In this document: positions 60,601-64,000 of the stretch, one piece after another
How positions within the stretch are numbered: position 1 is the first letter of the stretch
How the letters are laid out: every line of letters begins with the position of its first letter
From: Euprymna scolopes
Lineage: Eukaryota
Reading direction: 5' to 3' (one strand)
Length of the DNA: 64,000 nt
NCBI GenBank assembly: GCA_053919585.1
Contig: CM132807.1
Made by a program: the position numbers and the translations under genes
The notes under the pieces: generated by a model
Databases searched by the model: none
What the model was told of the DNA's origin: nothing
The model's input: the letters and a program-made list of their open reading frames with translations, nothing else

Positions 60601-62967
60601 AACAAATGAAATTGCAAATTTTCCTCAAATATTGTCACACTACAGTTGGTACTGCTTTGTTGACAATATACCGTATCATTTATTATATAAATCATTTACA
60701 GAAGATAATCTTCCTAACACTGTATCACTCCATTGCTCATTCTGAGATTTACATATTCTATCTATAGTTTAATGAAATATTATTTTCATGAGATAATTCT
60801 AACGTTTTTGTTCTTGGTATTTGATTCGTGTATCACGAAAAAGGCAGACATTTTGGAAATCATAAATTTATGTTTAAATCTTATCCTACAATTAAATATT
60901 TATATAGTGACCCATTCCATACCTTGATTCTTGCCCAGAATTCTCTTTGTATTAAAAAACAAAAATCTATATGATGTATATATACCTGTGATGATGTAAC
61001 CTCCAACCTTTTTCATGTGTATTTTGCTGAACTCTGGAATCTGCATGGAATACAATTGTAAAATGCTTAGGACTTCTACTCTGTTATGGCCGACTGAGTG
61101 AGCGCATGCTGCCTGTAGATTAAATAGAAGGCTCCTTGGAAATTCTATGAAGATTTTTGAGACCAACAAAACCTGAAGGTCAGAGGTTGCAACAACCAAA
61201 ACATTATGAAAATAACATTTAAGATGAGAATATTAGTCCCACAAATCCAAATAATAAGAAGTTCACTTCTTGTATGTTATGAAATTTTTGTGTCGTAAAA
61301 ATATTTTTGGTGCATGGAACTACAATATGGCTGCCAACAGGGGACTGTGAGGAGTTGAAAAACTACAATGAAGACAAGCAATCAATTTTATCCAAAATTT
61401 GAGCAAAATGAAGCAAAGTTATTTTTTACATTTCTTTGTCATAAATGCATAGTTTTCACAAGGTACTAATTGTTCATATTTCGCATCAATGTTTTTAAAC
61501 TTGTGAAATATTTGTATAGACATTTCTTAGAAATGCATTATGTTTCACTTAGTTTGACACTTCGCCGATTTTTATTCTATTCACTCCAAACAAGACATAT
61601 TGCTACTTGGACGTAAGGGGCTACTATTTGAGATAGTGTCTAATGGGGCTGTGGGGAGTTGAGCAGCAGTATATCTGTTCACAGTACATTTAAACCTCAG
61701 CAGCTTAGTACAGTCAGGGAAACAAGAAGCAGGGAGAAAATTCCAAAGTCTATTAGTCTGAAGGAAGAAACTATTAAAGTAGAAAGCTTTCGGCATCTGG
61801 TGACCTCAACAGAGGAGGGGTAGGATTTTGCTGTTTGTCAGGTTAGTTAGGAGTATGTACATCGAGGAGGGGGGCACAAGTGCTTTCAGTACATCAGATC
61901 CCATTCCATTAAAATGGGCAAGGGATGCAACATTCCGGTGAAGGAATAGAGGTTGGAGCTTGGCTGTTAGTACGGAACCTACTAGACTTGACTTTTTTTT
62001 TTTTTTTTTTTGACCCTATCTAAGAGTGCGAGACTAGTGGTAGATGCACCAGTTAAGATGTGATTTGATTGGACTGTAAAAGTTTATATCCATTTCATAT
62101 TAGTTCCACTGCATTGTAACCAATTGTGTGTCATTAAATATGTGCAGTATGCGTTGCACGTGTCGAACAACATAAATTAATGAAAAATAGATACAGAGGT
62201 AATTTATTTACAACCGTGGACTTCATTTAAAACGAGTAAAAAAAACAATTATACATTTCTTTATGCAGACAATACGTTTTGGTGGAAAATGTATAAGACC
62301 GTGTGTGTGCGTGCGTGTTGTTGATCTCTGTGATCATGTGTGGACTGAGAATAACATTTTTTTGTTTAATGCGATTACAGAGGTAAGTTAGTGATTGTGG
62401 AGTTCGTTTGTTCATGATTTTTGCAAAGTTTAGTTTAGCTTACCTCTGTAAGGCTGTTTGATACACAGAGATCATTTTATTACAGAGTCAGTTTGCATGT
62501 GTAACCAAACTGAGTGGCGTCCGTCCCTGTCTGTGCCACGGGAAAAAGAAAAATGTAGAAGAGGAAATTGATATTGCCACCTATCTGCTGAAATATGCAA
62601 CTGCTGGAAATAAGGGCGATAACCAAATATGTCTCGAACTGAAAGTGTTGTGCATTGTGTCTGTGTGTTCACTATGCGAGAAACTACAGACTAATGTGTC
62701 TCCATAAATACATCTGCAAGGGTTCTATGCGATTATTTTTTATCTTGAAGAAAACGTTTGTTTGTTACAGGAATTTGTCAGATGTTGATAGTGATGGAAA
62801 GCTTTCCTGTGATGAATTTTGTATTGCTTTGCATCTTATTGAAGTAGCCCGCACCGGACAACCATTGCCAGGCAAACTCCCACCAAGTTTACACCCTGGC
62901 AATATTGGCAGAGGCAGTCGGTCAAGCAGTCTTTCAGGACCGAGTGGATCTCAGCCTGGCACTCCTG
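10976..62967 (+). CDS. ITSN1: Intersectin (ITSN1/Dap160-like), 5' part: 9 coding exons encoding EH1 - Met/Pro-rich linker - EH2; 3' end beyond window
   Basis: Exons 10976-10994, 33675-33767, 40043-40106, 41995-42215, 44269-44364, 54050-54125, 56211-56308, 59102-59165, 62771-62967 all have AG/GT ends and compatible phases (1,1,2,1,1,2,1,2,1). The joined peptide [82 protein letters not shown]... matches the intersectin N-terminus with two EH domains. Confidence 0.93.
11281..12165 (-). mobile_element. CR1/L2-group LINE 3' portion, family A, with poly(A)
   Basis: ORF 11426..12205: [28 protein letters not shown]...LFYRYF; 3'UTR then A30. Confidence 0.9.
13709..13850. other. Assembly gap (142 N)
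   Basis: Run of N. Confidence 1.
13851..14134 (-). mobile_element. Penelope-like pLTR/ORF start fragment
   Basis: Decayed hammerhead (13975-14015, GAAAGCGCTT palindrome) just before ATG 13968 of [31 protein letters not shown]; abuts (TA)n; truncated by N gap. Confidence 0.55.
14810..15450. repeat. Tandem duplication, unit about 310 bp
   Basis: AATTAGCATACTAATTAGCATA...TTTTGTACAGAT repeated twice. Confidence 0.85.
15849..16512. repeat. Tandem duplication, unit about 370 bp
   Basis: ATTCTTTTCCTGTCCATAATTAAAAAC at about 15850 and 16221 with colinear downstream sequence. Confidence 0.85.
17130..18210 (+). mobile_element. CR1/L2-group LINE family A, decayed RT core
   Basis: [42 protein letters not shown]; family A 3'UTR. 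Confidence 0.88.
20064..20496. mobile_element. MITE with long TIRs (second copy about 40760-41045)
   Basis: CCAACGCATTTCAGGT(A/G)AAAACATTATGTGCA and its reverse complement; outer GGTGCTTGTG/CACAAGCACC. Confidence 0.75.
20640..21238 (+). mobile_element. CR1/L2-group LINE family B 3' end with poly(A)
   Basis: ORF 20651..21130 [20 protein letters not shown]; other copies 13335-13708(-), 25500-25830(-), 61580-62070(-). Confidence 0.9.
21498..22066 (+). mobile_element. Penelope-like fragment: 300-nt hairpin followed by hammerhead motif, inserted in (TA)n
   Basis: Arms 21626-21764/21783-21925; hammerhead 21926-21976; (TA)n on both sides; flanks are contiguous in the paralogous repeat at about 415-800. 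Confidence 0.7.
21926..21976 (+). ncRNA. Type I hammerhead motif (slightly decayed)
   Basis: gccct-CTGATGA-GAAGGAAA(ata)TTTCTTT-GAAA-CTCCGCGGAT-TA-aggac; near-palindromic stem III. Confidence 0.6.
24346..25205. mobile_element. Two Penelope-like pLTR fragments separated and flanked by (TA)n arrays
   Basis: 24346-24780 has inverted arms (about 24362-24425/24680-24742), GAAAGTACTT then ATG and ..[12 protein letters not shown], resembling a Penelope ORF N-terminus; 24816-25205 carries the - strand hammerhead. Confidence 0.6.
24842..24894 (-). ncRNA. Type I hammerhead motif with long near-palindromic stem III, GUA site
   Basis: Reverse complement: TAAGC-CTGAAGA-ATCC(tagagt)GGAT-GAAA-TGCGGAATATTCAGTG-TA-GCTTA; 5-bp perfect stem I. 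Confidence 0.7.
30145..31363 (+). mobile_element. Mariner (DD34D) transposon, transposase pseudogene 30312-31331, right TIR missing
   Basis: TA+CGAAGGGCATGCAATAAGTAATG left end; motifs [44 protein letters not shown]; frameshifts and a stop at 31031. Confidence 0.92.
31420..31525 (+). mobile_element. tRNA-derived SINE head (second copy 46318-46418, - strand)
   Basis: A box TGGCTAAGTGG, anticodon-arm-like CAGACTGAAAA, B-box-like GTTTGAATCC; shared downstream CCACAGAAAC..CCAACACTTG. Confidence 0.6.
31889..32204. mobile_element. Fold-back element with hammerhead motif in each arm
   Basis: Arms about 31889-32018 / 32044-32174, 25-nt loop, about 30-nt tail on right only; same end type as 3354-3799. 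Confidence 0.8.
32081..32123 (+). ncRNA. Minimal type I hammerhead motif with GUC cleavage triplet
   Basis: cac-CTGATGA-a-GGCCAG(aggactag)TTGGCC-GAAA-TG-TC-gtg. Confidence 0.65.
32600..33201. mobile_element. pogo/Tigger-like MITE with a LINE tail inserted in its right TIR
   Basis: TA|CTGTATATTTCGGCGTATAAG left; right TIR split as CTTATATGTCGAAA[LINE 32822-33193]ATATACGT|TA. Confidence 0.6.
33675..33767 (+). CDS. ITSN1: Intersectin exon, EH1 first part ([30 protein letters not shown])
   Basis: ttttag|...ACAG|gtctgt, 93 nt; typical ITSN EH1 start W-x-[VI]T-x-EER-x-KHD-x-QF. Confidence 0.95.
35925..36217 (+). mobile_element. 5S rRNA-derived SINE (SINE3-type)
   Basis: ACACTGGTTCTCACCAGATCACCAAAGTTAAGCAACGTTGAACCGGGCTAATACCAGATGGGTGACC head plus the same body as 6985-7281. 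Confidence 0.8.
36950..37700 (-). mobile_element. RTE-like RT remnant
   Basis: Decayed [23 protein letters not shown]....[10 protein letters not shown]. Confidence 0.65.
37730..38440 (+). mobile_element. LINE family A decayed fragment
   Basis: Colinear with 11281-12165; further family A 3' fragments at 234-435, 18800-19180, 27450-27843, 29060-29143, 32205-32505, 32822-33193(-), 36320-36510, 41490-41700, 45830-46200. Confidence 0.8.
39149..39662. mobile_element. MITE-like element with imperfect TIRs of about 50 bp
   Basis: GGTTATAGTCA..TTCCTAACTTCTGGC versus GCCGGAAGTTAGGAA..TGACTACAACC. Confidence 0.55.
40043..40106 (+). CDS. ITSN1: Intersectin exon, EH1 middle ([22 protein letters not shown])
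   Basis: ttccag|...TTTG|gtaaga, 64 nt; EH motif SGLP..VL.QIW. Confidence 0.95.
41160..41470 (-). mobile_element. RTE (BovB-like) C-terminal remnant
   Basis: [23 protein letters not shown]. Confidence 0.55.
41995..42215 (+). CDS. ITSN1: Intersectin exon, EH1 EF-hand and start of linker
   Basis: tttcag|...GTTG|gtatgt; [39 protein letters not shown] (overlaps ORF 42026..42226). Confidence 0.95.
42690..42785 (-). mobile_element. 5S-derived head, decayed
   Basis: Reverse complement contains AGATCAAAGTTAAGCAAC...CTGGGTGACC. Confidence 0.6.
43360..44085. repeat. G-rich minisatellite, unit about 29-31 bp (CATGTTTAGCTGGTGGAGAGGGAAAAGGGGG), more than 20 units
   Basis: Directly visible tandem array; left units diverged, right units homogeneous. 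Confidence 0.95.
44269..44364 (+). CDS. ITSN1: Intersectin exon, Met/Thr/Pro-rich linker
   Basis: cttcag|...ATGA|gtgagt, 96 nt, phase 1-1, open frame [32 protein letters not shown]. Confidence 0.8.
44575..45180. mobile_element. Decayed inverted-repeat Penelope-like fragment next to (TA)n
   Basis: Arms about 44592-44660/45001-45068 with eroded core TTGATAAAGC..GTTGAAA. Confidence 0.45.
46425..47200. mobile_element. Older tRNA-head/hammerhead-tail fold-back copy (host of nested element)
   Basis: Body homologous to 2520-2820; - strand head GGACCCATGGCGCAATGGATA (about 46968-46988) resembles a tRNA-Arg 5' end. Confidence 0.65.
46593..46880 (+). mobile_element. tRNA(Ala)-like SINE with decayed hammerhead and 5' inverted duplication, nested in an older fold-back element
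   Basis: Outer arms 46593-46615/46832-46854; inner arms 46637-46665/46672-46700; head TGGCTCAGGTGGCAGAGTGCTCGCCTTGCATGCGA (- strand copy); B-box-like TTCGAATCC ending 46733; hammerhead 46747-46791 with ACTCGAGT palindrome. Confidence 0.7.
51610..52590 (+). mobile_element. CR1/L2-group LINE family C, decayed, inserted in a MITE
   Basis: [25 protein letters not shown]; same 3' tail at 22500-22790(+) and 42285-42560(-). Confidence 0.85.
53435..53890. mobile_element. Older fold-back family copy
   Basis: Inverted ends TTCTCATCTTGAGTGTTATT / AATAACACTTGAGATGAGAA, CCTAAAGAAGG..AGAAACGTTG, right-side tail. Confidence 0.65.
54050..54125 (+). CDS. ITSN1: Intersectin exon, linker ([26 protein letters not shown])
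   Basis: aattag|...AAAG|gtaaga, 76 nt; supplies the phase 1 to phase 2 change needed between exons 44269 and 56211; GC-richer island in AT-rich intron. Confidence 0.78.
56211..56308 (+). CDS. ITSN1: Intersectin exon, EH2 first part ([32 protein letters not shown])
   Basis: ttctag|...GCAG|gtaagt; EH2 start W-x-IP...KY..MF...D....GFI.G. Confidence 0.93.
58030..58640 (+). mobile_element. RTE-clade LINE fragment
   Basis: [22 protein letters not shown]; GCESWT....LEAAEMWF. Confidence 0.85.
59102..59165 (+). CDS. ITSN1: Intersectin exon, EH2 middle ([22 protein letters not shown])
   Basis: poly-T + aag|...TTTG|gtaagt, 64 nt; EH motif. Confidence 0.94.
59510..59955. mobile_element. Older fold-back family copy, two heads back to back
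   Basis: Central inverted B-box regions GAGGATTGAACCTTCAACCTC / GAGGTTGAAGGTTCAATCCTC. Confidence 0.65.
60985..61270. mobile_element. Older fold-back family copy (decayed)
   Basis: Same end motifs (AAGATGAGAATATTAGTCC..ATCCAAATAAT). Confidence 0.5.
62771..62967 (+). CDS. ITSN1: Intersectin exon, EH2 EF-hand and following Ser/Gly/Pro-rich segment
   Basis: ttacag|...CCTG|gtatgt; [40 protein letters not shown] (in ORF 62655..63011). Confidence 0.95.
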
Positions 62968-63081
62968 GTATGTATCATCTTTTTATTCTTTGTCTTTCTG
63001 CTTCATTGTAATCATTGATTTAAATAAATACTATGTTCAAGCATCTAATCACAACATTTATCATGATAATGATAGAAATAA

Positions 63082-63509
63082 TAGGTGCTTGTTGAGAATT
63101 TCCCCTATATTAAAAAACTTCAAAGCTTTTTATGATATATGTACCCGTGACGGAAAGAAAATATTGCACATCAAAAAGCATGTAAATTGGTTAAGTAGTT
63201 TAATTTTTATAAGAAAATCCAATTTTCTGGCTAAATGAACAACGATGATATCTCTACACCATTTTGAAAACAGGCTGAAGGAATAAGGGAGAGAACTCCA
63301 AATAATACAAGAGATTTTAGAAGGCCATTCCTAACATGAGGGGGGGGACACTGATAAAACTAATTCGCTTAAAAATGAATTTCTTTTCTGAAAATCAAGC
63401 TAATTGATCAATTTACGTGACTTTTCTTTCCGTTACAAGTATGTACATCATGCAAATTTTTCTTTTAATTTTGTTTTTTAATATATAGGGAATTCTGGAC
63501 AAGCACCTA
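63082..63509. mobile_element. MITE with long imperfect TIRs (AGGTGCTTGT..GAATT.CCC); copies at 51385-52750 (split by LINE), 57232-57620, 58680-59005, 40185-40290
   Basis: TAGGTGCTTGT...ACAAGCACCTA ends; shared internal blocks. Confidence 0.7.
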
Positions 63510-64000
63510 ATAAAATTGTGTAGAGTGCGCATATAGTACATAGGATGAGGTATGATTGTTAGGGAAATTAAAGTCGTACGAGTCAGGTTTATTATGTGTG
63601 TAGAATAGAAGACAAACGTCTTATTCTAACATTTAAAACAACTTTGTTGGTCGTCTTCATTAACATGTAAAAAAAAAAAGTGAGAATGTGAGATAAGGGT
63701 GTTATAATAGATGAATGTGTCTATGAGTATGGATGAAGACGAGTCAACATCGTTTTTAATAAATATCCTGTTAGTAGGGAAGAGGAAATAATTTATATAT
63801 AATGGATGAATGTAATTTGATTAATTTCTTCTTCTTTGCAATGTTTCTCTCATTCTTTTCTATAAATTAGTGCTGTGGCATGTGGACAGGAACAAAAGAT
63901 TAGAAAATCTAGTGTAAAAGAAATGTCCCGTTCGTAGGGAACAGAGAAAAGGTCACGTGTGAAGGAAAGATGAATGTCTTGTTTGCAAGGTAAGGAAGTG

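Overview
AT-rich, repeat-dense animal genomic DNA (invertebrate; the 5S-like sequences and repeat families suggest a mollusc, possibly an octopod, which is inference). One host gene is present: the 5' part of an intersectin (ITSN/Dap160) on the + strand. Nine coding exons (10976-62967, 928 nt, about 309 aa) splice in frame with GT-AG boundaries and encode EH1, a Met/Pro-rich linker and EH2; the gene continues past the window. The introns hold decayed CR1/L2-group and RTE LINEs, a mariner and a maT/Tc1-like transposase relic, Helentron/HINE-like elements, MITEs, 5S rRNA-derived SINEs and a G-rich minisatellite. The most notable signal is a set of short non-coding fold-back elements carrying type I hammerhead-ribozyme motifs with palindromic stem III. 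Some combine a tRNA-type Pol III promoter with a hammerhead end and show Penelope-like geometry: an inverted terminal copy, a 30-40 nt one-sided tail and, in one case, a TSD. Others are Penelope-like pLTR fragments lying in (TA)n microsatellites, with an empty-site/filled-site pair inside the window. No databases or folding software were used; family names rest on motif recognition and repeat boundaries are approximate.
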